Of a DNA stretch of 44,804 bases, positions 28,741 to 38,038 are shown one piece after another. The notes beneath the pieces were generated by a model, which was not told the origin of the DNA, did no database searches, and was given only the letters and a program-made list of their open reading frames with translations. The stretch's first letter is position 1. Every line of letters begins with the position of its first letter. The DNA comes from a virus (taxonomy: Duplodnaviria; Caudoviricetes), in IMG/VR virus record IMGVR_UViG_3300030372_002403, positions 1-44,804 of that record. One strand, written 5' to 3'. The translations under genes were made by a program, and so were the position numbers.

Positions 28741-29055
28741 TTAATTTAGTATCTTGTCTATTTCTCCCCAATCATTAGGGTTAGTCCAAGCGGAAGTCGC
28801 GTTTTCCAAAAGGGTTAAAGTTTCTTTTCTATTTAATTTCAAAAATCTGTCGCCACACTTCATGCATTGCCATATTAAACTTCTATCACATGTTCCAAGT
28901 ATTTCTAAACCTGCTATACTAGATTTTGAACAAGTAGGGCATTTTTTAGGCCTTGTTTTATACTCTGTATTATCTATTACACCTATATTTTCAACAATGT
29001 CACCATTGTTTTTATCAGTTATATCGTTTAATAATACAAATAATTTTCTTATCAT
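28741..29055 (-). CDS. Zn-ribbon hypothetical protein
   Basis: CPTC...WQCMKC; TAATG overlap with the upstream ORF. Confidence 0.65.
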   Translation of the reverse strand: MIRKLFVLLNDITDKNNGDIVENIGVIDNTEYKTRPKKCPTCSKSSIAGLEILGTCDRSLIWQCMKCGDRFLKLNRKETLTLLENATSAWTNPNDWGEIDKILN

Positions 29056-29234
29056 TACTTCATTATAGCTTCTTTAACAACTTCTTCAACAGAATCATAA
29101 ATTGCTGTTATAATTTTTTCTTCTGTTTTTTCTGATATAATAGGTATATCTACATTTTCATTTAACTTTGTAATAATTTTATCTTTCATTTCATCGTTAA
29201 ATATATAGTTTGCTACCATTAATTTTAAGTCCAT
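29055..29234 (-). CDS. Hypothetical protein (59 aa), not in the ORF track
   Basis: MDLKLMVANYIFNDEMKDKIITKLNENVDIPIISEKTEEKIITAIYDSVEEVVKEAIMK; AGGAG upstream; TAATG overlap downstream. Confidence 0.7.
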   Translation of the reverse strand: MDLKLMVANYIFNDEMKDKIITKLNENVDIPIISEKTEEKIITAIYDSVEEVVKEAIMK

Positions 29235-29242
29235 TGTTTCTC

Positions 29243-29455
29243 CTATTGTTTAAATCCAAAAAACCAAGCTAAATATGAAATTATTAAACTAGCACATAAA
29301 CTTGCTACTGTATTTAACTTTGCTATTGAACTTTCGTTTGCTCTTACTCTACCATTCTGTTCTTTTAACATAGATTTTATTTCTTTTATATCTTCTGATG
29401 TTGTTTCTTGAATTGTAGATATTTTTGTTAATTGTTTTATAATTCTTTCTTCCAT
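29243..29455 (-). CDS. Coiled-coil protein with C-terminal TM (holin/XhlA-like)
   Basis: LKEQNGRVRANE followed by a hydrophobic C-terminus. Confidence 0.55.
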   Translation of the reverse strand: MEERIIKQLTKISTIQETTSEDIKEIKSMLKEQNGRVRANESSIAKLNTVASLCASLIISYLAWFFGFKQ

Positions 29456-30285
29456 TAAAAATCCTGTGGTCTAATAAATCCTGTTGAACCTTTTGTCCTT
29501 TCAAATTTCTTTATATCCTTTATACCTTGTTGAAATTCATTCTTAAAATAACCAATCATATCTGCATTAAATGATTTTGGATTTTGATAACCAAAAAATA
29601 AAGCTCCATATAATATAACTTCATGAAACTCTTTTGGTATATCTGCTAATGGACCAGAAAATTCTGAATTAATTGTTACACCGCTATCTTCAGAAAGTGC
29701 TGCTCCATGTTCAATGTTTTTAAATTCATTTGGTAAAGTTATTGCATAAACTCTTACATTGCTACTTCCAGTAATTGAACAAGTTTGATAATCACTTACT
29801 CTACCATCTCTTGTTATTGAGTTATTTACTTTTTCTACTATACCTAGTCTTAAACTATTTGAAGCATCTGTATCAGTATCTGTTTGAGTATCATTTGTAA
29901 AATTGTAATCTTGAGTTCTATATGGGTTTAAAGAGTATGAATCTAACATCCAAAATCTTTTATTTAAAGCATTTGCATTTGGAGCTGTTAAAGGTGTGTC
30001 AGCTGTATCGCTTGGATTTTTAAATTCATCATCTTCTATTAAAGGTTCTCCTATTAATTTAGGTATTCTTACGTCATTAAATTCTACCTTGTCTACTCTT
30101 AAAACTTTTGTATCTAAAGAGTACCATCTTGTACCAGCTACAGAACTAATTAAAAAAGTCTTTTTTACTATATTAGTATCTAAAGCTATCTTGTTTGCAG
30201 CTCTTTCTATGTATAATTCGCATTGTCTAGAAGAAAAATTTACATGATGTTCTTTTATTGATTCTATAAATTGTAATTTGTTCAT
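29455..30285 (-). CDS. Head-tail adaptor / tail tubular A-like ring protein
   Basis: GTRWYSLD...VEFND and DIPKEFHEVILYGA motifs; position after the capsid genes. Confidence 0.6.
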   Translation of the reverse strand: MNKLQFIESIKEHHVNFSSRQCELYIERAANKIALDTNIVKKTFLISSVAGTRWYSLDTKVLRVDKVEFNDVRIPKLIGEPLIEDDEFKNPSDTADTPLTAPNANALNKRFWMLDSYSLNPYRTQDYNFTNDTQTDTDTDASNSLRLGIVEKVNNSITRDGRVSDYQTCSITGSSNVRVYAITLPNEFKNIEHGAALSEDSGVTINSEFSGPLADIPKEFHEVILYGALFFGYQNPKSFNADMIGYFKNEFQQGIKDIKKFERTKGSTGFIRPQDF

Positions 30286-31088
30286 TGTTTAATTACTCCT
30301 GGGTTACCATATGTAGCTACAACAAAATCAACTTCATCTTTTTTCTTTATTGATAAAAATGCTACTTGGTCTGATACTAATTTAGCAAGCTCTTGGTCTT
30401 CTTCACTATAAACAAAATCAGCCATATAAGATTGAGCTAAAGTTAAAACTAACTCTATATAAACAAGTTCTTGTGCTCCAGAAGGTATGCCTAAAAATAA
30501 TTGATGCTCTTCTTCTGCTGTTAAAGAAGATATATTTTTTTCTGCTAAATTAAAAGTTAATCTTTCTTCAGTAGGGTCAAAACTTGGACTACTAATCCAG
30601 TATATAGTAGCTTTAGGTATTCTAGTACCTCCGCTAGCATCATGTATATCCAAAGGAAGTATTGATATTTTACTATCTTTTGTAATAAAAAATTTAGGGT
30701 CCCATCTATCATTTTCGTAGTACATACTATTTTTATTTACTGCACAAGTTTCTCCCTTTAATGTAGAGATTTTATAACATTCATAAAATTCATCATCGTG
30801 GTCTAAGCCCATAGAATTTTTTCTTTGAACAGATAATATTCTTCTTTTGTCAGCATAACCTTCTTGATTAAATTGACATAAACCATCAGTTACCCCACCA
30901 TACACAGTACTAAATAAAGAAGAAGATATTCCAGATTTAAATAAGGACTCTAAAACATTGTCATCACTTATTAAATTTACAACAACTTTATATGCATTTA
31001 AATAGGCATTATTTATTACATCATCTCCAAGTAAAGAAACTACATCTTCACTTAAAAGAGATTTTATTTTATTTATAGGCGCTATCAT
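30282..31088 (-). CDS. Second adaptor/ring-like structural protein
   Basis: IPSGAQELVY motif analogous to the neighbouring gene; context. Confidence 0.5.
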   Translation of the reverse strand: MIAPINKIKSLLSEDVVSLLGDDVINNAYLNAYKVVVNLISDDNVLESLFKSGISSSLFSTVYGGVTDGLCQFNQEGYADKRRILSVQRKNSMGLDHDDEFYECYKISTLKGETCAVNKNSMYYENDRWDPKFFITKDSKISILPLDIHDASGGTRIPKATIYWISSPSFDPTEERLTFNLAEKNISSLTAEEEHQLFLGIPSGAQELVYIELVLTLAQSYMADFVYSEEDQELAKLVSDQVAFLSIKKKDEVDFVVATYGNPGVIKQ

Positions 31089-31198
31089 TTTTTATTTTTT
31101 ACCTTATTAATTAATTTTCTTCTATTGTCTGGTTTGACTTTAGAATTGTAAGGCTCTCCTATACTACTACTATATACTATTTTTTTTTCTTTTTCCAT
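31085..31198 (-). CDS. Small basic protein (37 aa), not in the ORF track
   Basis: MEKEKKIVYSSSIGEPYNSKVKPDNRRKLINKVKNKK; AGGA upstream; ATGA overlap. Confidence 0.55.
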   Translation of the reverse strand: MEKEKKIVYSSSIGEPYNSKVKPDNRRKLINKVKNKK

Positions 31199-31207
31199 TT
31201 ATTCCTA

Positions 31208-31231
31208 ATAGGGTCCCTTTCGAGACCCTAT
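31208..31231 (-). terminator. 10-bp stem with GAAA tetraloop (terminator or mRNA-stabilising hairpin)
   Basis: Minus strand ATAGGGTCTC-GAAA-GGGACCCTAT, intergenic; lacks a long U tract. Confidence 0.55.
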
Positions 31232-31242
31232 AGTTTATTTTA

Positions 31243-31878
31243 TTAAGATGGGTCAGCTCCTATACCACCAATTGTAACTGGATTACTAACAGTATCGTTC
31301 TTTTTAGCTTGTTTGTCAAGTGGTAATTTAGCAAATGCAGCATTAACTGCAGCTACACCTGCTGTAACAAGACCTGCAGCAACTCCATCAGAGCCTGCAT
31401 CTGTTACTACCATTTTAACTCTCAACCTAGAAACACCATTTTCCATCAAATCTTCATCACTAGAAGCTGATGGAACCATAGTATCTACAGCATAATCTTG
31501 AGCAGCACTTCCAATATCAGTCCAAGTACCTGCATCTAAATCAGCTGCAGTACCAGGGACTACTTCTTTACCACTATTAAAATTATTACCATTTGACTGT
31601 TTGTAGTATTGCCAACACGTTGTTATTTGAGCGTTACCAGTATCACCAACATCTAAAACAGTACCTGCTGGAATTGTTCCAATACATAGCTCAGAACTGT
31701 AATAAGTATCTGTTGCATCTGCTGAACTTTCACCAGGGTCTGTCATTATAGTATTGGCTGTGTATTGAATACTTTTGTCATCAACTGCTTTTGCCCAATT
31801 AACATCTAAATCGCCTATGGGATGGGACCCCGAAGGGTCCCCACCAATGCCACCTATAGTAAGATTACTTTGGTCCAT
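31243..31878 (-). CDS. Acidic capsid accessory/decoration-like protein
   Basis: Immediately after the major capsid gene with a strong AGGAGG; TIGGIG(G/A)DPS at both termini. Confidence 0.55.
   Translation of the reverse strand: MDQSNLTIGGIGGDPSGSHPIGDLDVNWAKAVDDKSIQYTANTIMTDPGESSADATDTYYSSELCIGTIPAGTVLDVGDTGNAQITTCWQYYKQSNGNNFNSGKEVVPGTAADLDAGTWTDIGSAAQDYAVDTMVPSASSDEDLMENGVSRLRVKMVVTDAGSDGVAAGLVTAGVAAVNAAFAKLPLDKQAKKNDTVSNPVTIGGIGADPS
31824..31841 (-). other. C(UUCG)G extra-stable hairpin inside a CDS
   Basis: Minus strand GGGACCC-TTCG-GGGTCCC, about 50 nt after the capsid stop. Confidence 0.6.
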
Positions 31879-31889
31879 AATCTACCTCC

Positions 31890-33284
31890 TTAAGAAAACT
31901 TAAGAACAGCGTGAGTTTCAGGAAGACTAATTTCAAGACCAGCCTCTGTAAGAACTAAATCTCTTCTTCCATCTTCATCGTTATTCTGTATGTTTGTCTC
32001 AATAAAAGTATCTCTGCTCATACCGTTACCAACAAGTGGTCGATAAGCAACGTTTGCTAAATCAACAACACAAGCATAGTCTTCCCATGGTCCTCTTAAT
32101 AGAGGCTCAGCAACAAAGTGTAAGTTACCAAAAATAGTATTTACTTTTGTTACTTGATGGCCAAACTGACCTTGAATGTTTTGAACATCCATTCTATATT
32201 GAGAAGAACCAACTGTATTATTTAAGAAAGAACCACTACCCATTTTATTTAGATATGTGATTACTTTTCTTGAAGCTAACACAAGTTTGTTTCCAGAGTT
32301 TCCACTTTCAGGAGCAAAGAAATCTTCCATTGCATCTAAGAAAGCGTCATATCCAGAAGAAGCGTATGTCATGTTATATGATTTACCATTTACTTCTGTA
32401 TAAGGCACAATACCGTGTGTGAATCTAGCGTTTCCAGCTGTTTCTGATGTTGCTCCAGTATCACCTACTGTTCCAGCACCAGCTACACCTCTACCAAATA
32501 ACATAGCATTTTCAATGTCCATTTTATGTTCCATTAACTTTTCAGTCCATACTCTTTGGAACTCATTTTTAACACCACGATATTCAGTAGCTCTAGATGT
32601 GTTAGAGAAAAGGTTCATTGCAGTTTTAAAAATCTGACAATATCCTTCTCTATCAAATAAAGCATCTTCCCAACCTAGAGGAGCTGTAGTTCCCTCACCC
32701 CAAGCTGTTCCAATAACCTGACCTTTAGCACCAACAGCTATATCTTCTGTACCTGTCATATCTTTACCTACAACAAAAACATCTTCACCAGCTATTGTAG
32801 TTCTATCAGCACCGTGAACAATTTCTCCAGGTGTACTAGCTGAGTTTCCGATTACTGCTGAGTTAGAAATTCTAACTACCACAACACCTTCAGTTGTTTT
32901 TATAGCTAAAGTTTGACCAGGAAGAATCCATTTACATGGTTGGTCTGCTGTTACTACTCCTTTATCATTATAACCACATTTAATAACTAAATCGTTACCA
33001 GCACCAAAAGCGACACCAGCACCTTTATTTAAGTTATCTCTGTTTGTTATAATTTCAAAATTTCTTCTTTGCCATTGATGACGTTGCTCTAAAAATTTGA
33101 ACACTGGGTCATTAGTTGGCTTTTTTGCTACTTTTGATAAGTAAACAAAAAATGGAGATTGTTGCGGAGCAAGCTCTGCAACTCGAGTACCAAAATCAAA
33201 GACACGTCTATTATTGTCTATGCTTATACCTTGGACACCCGCTCCAAAAGAAGGACTATATTTACTTTGACTTACTTCTGCCAT
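31890..33284 (-). CDS. Major capsid protein (HK97 fold)
   Basis: Follows portal and scaffold; YCQIFKT, EHKMDIENAMLFG, TIFGNL and LTEAGLEI..PETHA motifs. Confidence 0.85.
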   Translation of the reverse strand: MAEVSQSKYSPSFGAGVQGISIDNNRRVFDFGTRVAELAPQQSPFFVYLSKVAKKPTNDPVFKFLEQRHQWQRRNFEIITNRDNLNKGAGVAFGAGNDLVIKCGYNDKGVVTADQPCKWILPGQTLAIKTTEGVVVVRISNSAVIGNSASTPGEIVHGADRTTIAGEDVFVVGKDMTGTEDIAVGAKGQVIGTAWGEGTTAPLGWEDALFDREGYCQIFKTAMNLFSNTSRATEYRGVKNEFQRVWTEKLMEHKMDIENAMLFGRGVAGAGTVGDTGATSETAGNARFTHGIVPYTEVNGKSYNMTYASSGYDAFLDAMEDFFAPESGNSGNKLVLASRKVITYLNKMGSGSFLNNTVGSSQYRMDVQNIQGQFGHQVTKVNTIFGNLHFVAEPLLRGPWEDYACVVDLANVAYRPLVGNGMSRDTFIETNIQNNDEDGRRDLVLTEAGLEISLPETHAVLKFS

Positions 33285-33310
33285 TTTAAATACCTATCTT
33301 TCTATTTTAT

Positions 33311-33334
33311 TCTATAAGCCGCGTAGCCTATAGA
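33311..33334 (-). promoter_or_regulatory. Intergenic hairpin in the capsid gene leader
   Basis: Minus strand TCTATAGGC-TACGCG-GCTTATAGA (9 bp, one G-U). Confidence 0.5.
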
Positions 33335-33341
33335 GAGTTAA

Positions 33342-34241
33342 TTACCAAGGGTTATTTTTTTTATAACCACTTATTATCGAGTCCATAATTTGTTCTTCTT
33401 GAGAAACATTTTGTTCATTCGATTGAGCTGGTAACACTCCCATCGGTGATGGAACCTGTTGAGCTCTAGCTTGTTGATTAAACGTATCGCTAGGACCAGC
33501 AGGCTGTGTTGTTTGCCCTGAACCTTTTTGCATTCTATATAGTTGAACTAAATTATCCATAGTTAGACTTTCTGGGCTTGACATAGTTTGAACAAATTCA
33601 GTAGCTTCTTCATTTGATAAACCATACTCTCCTTGAACTCTGTTATACACTTCGTTCATTTGAGCTCTCTGCTGTTGATAAGCTTGTTGATTTGCAATAG
33701 CTGTTTTTCGTCTATCTTCTTGCTTTTGCATCTGCTCGTTTATCAAGGCAGCTTGGTAATCACTTTTTAAAGAATTATACTGAATTATGTTGTCTCTCCA
33801 TTCATCTAACTCATTTAAGTATTGAGCACTTTTGCTTCCTGGGTCTTCTAAAGCTTCCGCTCTATTAAATCCATGAGGCGTTGTTGGCTTTTCAGGAGGT
33901 GGAGGAAATTCTTCAGCTTTTTCTTCTTGCACAGGAGCTTGATTTGCTTGCTGTGTTTGAGATATTTGCTGTACTTGTGCTCTTAATTGGGCATTCTCAT
34001 TTTTAGCTTTATCAGCTTCAGATTGCCAATACTGAAATCTACGCTCATCATTTTTATCTTGAGCTACCTCAGTATTTATTTGAGCTTCTTCTCCAGCAGG
34101 AGTACCCTCAGTAGGGGTCCCGACTACTTCTTGTTGCGCTTGTTGCTCTTCACTTGTGAAAAACGCTTCTTCTACCGATAATGTCTCAGAGCCCTGATTT
34201 GCAGGGGTGTCTGGATTTTGGTTGTTTTCATTTGCGTCCAT
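33342..34241 (-). CDS. Capsid scaffolding protein
   Basis: Acidic, Q/E-rich, coiled-coil; between portal and capsid. Confidence 0.75.
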   Translation of the reverse strand: MDANENNQNPDTPANQGSETLSVEEAFFTSEEQQAQQEVVGTPTEGTPAGEEAQINTEVAQDKNDERRFQYWQSEADKAKNENAQLRAQVQQISQTQQANQAPVQEEKAEEFPPPPEKPTTPHGFNRAEALEDPGSKSAQYLNELDEWRDNIIQYNSLKSDYQAALINEQMQKQEDRRKTAIANQQAYQQQRAQMNEVYNRVQGEYGLSNEEATEFVQTMSSPESLTMDNLVQLYRMQKGSGQTTQPAGPSDTFNQQARAQQVPSPMGVLPAQSNEQNVSQEEQIMDSIISGYKKNNPW

Positions 34242-34250
34242 TTTTCATTC

Positions 34251-36446
34251 CTATTTTTTGGCTGTCGTTTTGCTACTAACGAGTGAGCCTTCTTTTTTGC
34301 TAGCATCAGAAATCTGACGCTTAACAGTAGCTAAATTATCATCCAATCTTTTTTCGAACAAGGTTCCAGCAGCTTTTGCTTTATTAGATGTTTTATCTAA
34401 ATCTCCTTTAAACTTCTCAACTTCTACTTTCTTACGTAAGTTAACTGCTTCTCTATCTCTAGTTTGTAAGTCTCCTTTTAGTTGTTTAATCTGCTCTTGC
34501 TGTTGTTCAACTGTAGATTGTAATTTTTGTATTTCATCAGTACGTTGCATAACACCTTCAATGTCAAATATTTCTGTCTTCTTAAGAACTTCTTGTCTAT
34601 CGACTAAACCTTTTTGATAGGCATCCATATAAAACTCAAGTTCTGCATATCTGTTTGTAGGTAATGTGCTACCACTTACTATTATAACATCATAAGAACC
34701 TACAGTTATATCATTAAATACTTTAAGTTCTTCAGTTTTATCGTCGTATAAACGTTTATTTATAACGTACTCACTCATAGAATTGTTTGGATTAACAAGT
34801 CTAAATGTTTTTTCTGTATTATATAATTGTTGCATCATAGGTATAGCAACTTGCCCAACTCTTACTAATGCTTGTTCTATATCTGTTAATTTAGATTTAA
34901 TTTTTCGTTGACCAAATTCATCTAAAGATATAGTCGCTTTATAAGTTTGTGGAGCAGCTTGTGAATTACCCATCATCATTTCATATAAACCTAATTGATG
35001 GTCTATATCGTTCTTAGCTGTAGTTTCATTTTGATAAAGTTCATTTGGTAATGGACTTGGTTGAACTGTGACTGGTGCACCATCTGTTGGGTCATATGGT
35101 ATTGCAACACCAGGTTGTGCCCATTTTTCTTCAAAATCTTTCATATCTACACTACCTTCAGGAACTAATATTTTTGTATTAGTACTTGTAGTAGCATGCG
35201 CTATTATTAAAGAACGTGTTTTATTTATATATTCTTGTAAACCTTTTACCATTCTTACATCAGAAGTAGGATAAGGTGTTCGTGTATGTAAATTACAAAC
35301 TGGAACAACTGGATAGTGTTCAATAGGTAAAATTCTTGAATAAAGTAATGTTTCGCCTATAACAATACATTGTTTTATTCTAGTAACTTTTATTTTAACT
35401 ATTTCAATAAGCTTTTGTAACATTAAACCTTGATAGTCAGTTTGCTCTACTTGAGGCTGTTGTAACTCAGGTTCTGGCACTTTAGCTTCTGGTCCATAAC
35501 CTTGTTGCTGCATTTCTTCTTGCATTCTTAGTTTTTCTTGTTCGTAATTTATTTGATATTGTTGCATTAATTGACCTATAATAGCTTCTGCTTGTTCAGC
35601 ATCTGTTATAACTTGTCCTTCTATAATCCAAGCTGGTCTTGCTATATATTCTTTAAATTCTTCTTCATCAAATAATTCTTCTTTACCGCTAAAAGATTCA
35701 TAAGTTCTTATTTTTTGAACTTCTATTTTAGTATATCTTTCATAACCTCTAACATATTCACTTTGTTCGTGTAGTAAACCTATATCTTCTGGAAAAAATA
35801 TTCTACTATCATTATTTCTAGCTGTTTCTGGTGCATTAAAATCTTGTTCTCCATTTGCTTCATCTATTTGCTTAGAGTAATCAGGGTACATTTTTTTAGC
35901 TTGTTCCCTACTAAAAAGTCTAGATATTATAATATTTTCAGCATCATCAAAAAACCTACTTCTACTATTAGGGTCCACATAAACATCTAATGGGTCTACA
36001 TCATGCATACACACTTCACCTTTACCCATATCTTTTTTAGGGTCTTGATAAACGTTTATATATCCAATACCCATAACATAGTAATCATCTATAACTTGTC
36101 TTATAATAGTCCTACCATCAGATATGTCATACATATATGATAGTAAAGCACTCATAACGTTAGCTATTTTTCTATCACTATCTTCACGTGGTGCGCATCT
36201 AAAAGAAGGTCTATTAGCAGTAAGCATAGCTTTTGCTGTCTCAACTGCTGGATGAATACGATTAACAACAATAGGAGCTTGTCCTCTTGCTTCTAAAACG
36301 TCAGACTGCTCTTTAGTCCATTGTCTCCCTAATCTAAATTCTTTATCTTCTTTTGCTTGCTCTGCCCAAGAGTCACGTTTTTTACTATAGTCTTTATATA
36401 GTTTTATTGTATCAGTAACTATTTTAGGGGTTTTGTTTGCGTCCAT
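34251..36446 (-). CDS. Portal protein (P22-like)
   Basis: G.QW...L..RGQ.P...NRIHP, VDPLDVYVDP, VKGLQEYINK..S motifs and a long C-terminal coiled coil; directly after terL. Confidence 0.85.
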   Translation of the reverse strand: MDANKTPKIVTDTIKLYKDYSKKRDSWAEQAKEDKEFRLGRQWTKEQSDVLEARGQAPIVVNRIHPAVETAKAMLTANRPSFRCAPREDSDRKIANVMSALLSYMYDISDGRTIIRQVIDDYYVMGIGYINVYQDPKKDMGKGEVCMHDVDPLDVYVDPNSRSRFFDDAENIIISRLFSREQAKKMYPDYSKQIDEANGEQDFNAPETARNNDSRIFFPEDIGLLHEQSEYVRGYERYTKIEVQKIRTYESFSGKEELFDEEEFKEYIARPAWIIEGQVITDAEQAEAIIGQLMQQYQINYEQEKLRMQEEMQQQGYGPEAKVPEPELQQPQVEQTDYQGLMLQKLIEIVKIKVTRIKQCIVIGETLLYSRILPIEHYPVVPVCNLHTRTPYPTSDVRMVKGLQEYINKTRSLIIAHATTSTNTKILVPEGSVDMKDFEEKWAQPGVAIPYDPTDGAPVTVQPSPLPNELYQNETTAKNDIDHQLGLYEMMMGNSQAAPQTYKATISLDEFGQRKIKSKLTDIEQALVRVGQVAIPMMQQLYNTEKTFRLVNPNNSMSEYVINKRLYDDKTEELKVFNDITVGSYDVIIVSGSTLPTNRYAELEFYMDAYQKGLVDRQEVLKKTEIFDIEGVMQRTDEIQKLQSTVEQQQEQIKQLKGDLQTRDREAVNLRKKVEVEKFKGDLDKTSNKAKAAGTLFEKRLDDNLATVKRQISDASKKEGSLVSSKTTAKK

Positions 36447-36459
36447 TAATTACCTATTT

Positions 36460-36499
36460 TTTATCAACTTAATATACAATTATAATGTCATCCAATCAA
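36460..36499 (-). promoter_or_regulatory. Late promoter 2 (portal-capsid operon)
   Basis: TTGATT-17 nt-TATATT followed by AAGTTGATAAA. Confidence 0.7.
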
Positions 36500-37973
36500 G
36501 CTTTTTTTTGTGTTTTCGCATATGATTGTCATTTTCTTCAAATGATTTCTTTCTAGATGGTCTTGATTTATCAAGAGCTGTCCATATAGCATCCATAACA
36601 TCATCATGCTTTCCTCTTGGATAACTTAAAAATTCTTGTTGTGCTATATTATCTTGTGGTCTAAAATAAAATGTACCTTTAGCAAATAAAGGAACAAGAG
36701 ATAAAAGTCTTTCGCTTTTTCTATTTCTTGGCTTTACACCTTTTTCTAGTCCAGGTATATATATATTTTCTTTTAACATTAATTCTCTAACTGCAGTTCT
36801 AAGTGCTTCTTGATAACCTACAGTCTCTATTTTCATACGTCTAGGTCTGTACTTTTTGTAGATTTCAATAAGCTTCCCAGGCTGTTCTGCAGGAGATATT
36901 CTATCCCTATATATATCAATGATATACTTATTATTATCATAGTCAATGCCAATTGTAGAAACCACAAAATAATCAGCGGTGGAAGAAAGGCTGCTAGCAG
37001 GGTCAACTCCACAATAGATTTCAACTGGTTTAACTTCTTCTTCATCTCCTTTTGTCCTAACTAGGCAGTTTTGCCCATCTATTCTTTTGTAGTCATAATG
37101 ATGAAGCTTTATCCATTCTGGTTTAAATGGAGCCATATCAGGAGACTGTGCAATATTCATGTACTCTTGGTAAAAACCATTCAAGTTTCCTACAGATTGA
37201 AATTCTTTTTTAATCTCCATTATCCTAGACTTAGGAAATCTTTCAGGCCATATACTTTTTTCATCTTCATCCCATATAGAGTACCATAAAGTATGCCAAG
37301 CATCTGACTCTTTAGCCCAATATAAAAAACAATCTTCAGATATTACAGTGCCTATCATAGCTATTTTACCCTCATCTGATAATGATGGTATAACAGCTTC
37401 TGTAACCCATTTTCTATTTTTAGCTCTAGCTTCTGGTGTAAATGCATTAAGCTCAGACTCAAAGTCATCCACTATAATAAGATTAGGCCTTGTATCACCT
37501 TCAATAAATCCTCTAACTCTTTGCCCTGTACCAACAGCTATAATCCTTGCGCCATTAGCAAGAACTACATCATTATTAGTCCAACGTCTTGCTGTACTAG
37601 GACCGAGGTCTCCAAAAATATCTCTAAATTTATCTGAATGTGTTAAATGATATTTAATACGTGACAAAAAGTTTATAGACTGAGTTTGTGACTCAGATAT
37701 TATAACCATAAATAAATCTTCATTAGTAGCTTTAAAAGCTAATTTCCATAAAGGAAAGATGAGGGTGGTAACTGTAGATTTGGCTGTGCCACGAGGTGCT
37801 GCAATTAACACCCTCCTTTTGTCGTCGTTAGCGAGGGCAGAGTACACATCATTATGAAATGGCGGTGTACTCTTTCTCAATGCTGTAGGGAAGCAGTGCC
37901 TTCCGAACAGTGCCATATTATTACGAAGCTTTTTTAAAGCCTGCATTTGGCTATATTGTTCTTCGTAATCCAC
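36480..37973 (-). CDS. terL: Terminase large subunit
   Basis: Walker A APRGTAKST, Walker B IIVDDFE, nuclease GVDPA and HDDVMDA. Confidence 0.93.
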   Translation of the reverse strand: MDYEEQYSQMQALKKLRNNMALFGRHCFPTALRKSTPPFHNDVYSALANDDKRRVLIAAPRGTAKSTVTTLIFPLWKLAFKATNEDLFMVIISESQTQSINFLSRIKYHLTHSDKFRDIFGDLGPSTARRWTNNDVVLANGARIIAVGTGQRVRGFIEGDTRPNLIIVDDFESELNAFTPEARAKNRKWVTEAVIPSLSDEGKIAMIGTVISEDCFLYWAKESDAWHTLWYSIWDEDEKSIWPERFPKSRIMEIKKEFQSVGNLNGFYQEYMNIAQSPDMAPFKPEWIKLHHYDYKRIDGQNCLVRTKGDEEEVKPVEIYCGVDPASSLSSTADYFVVSTIGIDYDNNKYIIDIYRDRISPAEQPGKLIEIYKKYRPRRMKIETVGYQEALRTAVRELMLKENIYIPGLEKGVKPRNRKSERLLSLVPLFAKGTFYFRPQDNIAQQEFLSYPRGKHDDVMDAIWTALDKSRPSRKKSFEENDNHMRKHKKKLDWMTL

Positions 37974-38038
37974 TATTTTTTCTTCTTTTTAGGTGGTCTA
38001 CCTTTTTTCTTTCCGTATGTACCTTTTCCTTTTGGCAT
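37973..38038 (-). CDS. 21-aa basic AT-hook-like peptide, not in the ORF track
   Basis: MPKGKGTYGKKKGRPPKKKKK; AGGAGGAG upstream, TAATG overlap at its start, TAGTG overlap with terL. Confidence 0.7.
   Translation of the reverse strand: MPKGKGTYGKKKGRPPKKKKK

Noticed and set aside
29868-29893. DTQTDTDTD and similar TDTDTN micro-repeats (also in the tail fibre)
   Set aside because: Short low-complexity coding linkers, not an array.
34231-36447. Portal and scaffold both begin ATGGACGCAAA (MDAN)
   Set aside because: Only two short copies; could be chance or shared initiation context, and no function can be supported.
5622-37973. Inteins, introns or a diversity-generating retroelement in the giant genes or terL
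   Set aside because: No intein splice or LAGLIDADG motifs, interrupted ORFs or reverse transcriptase were recognised by eye.
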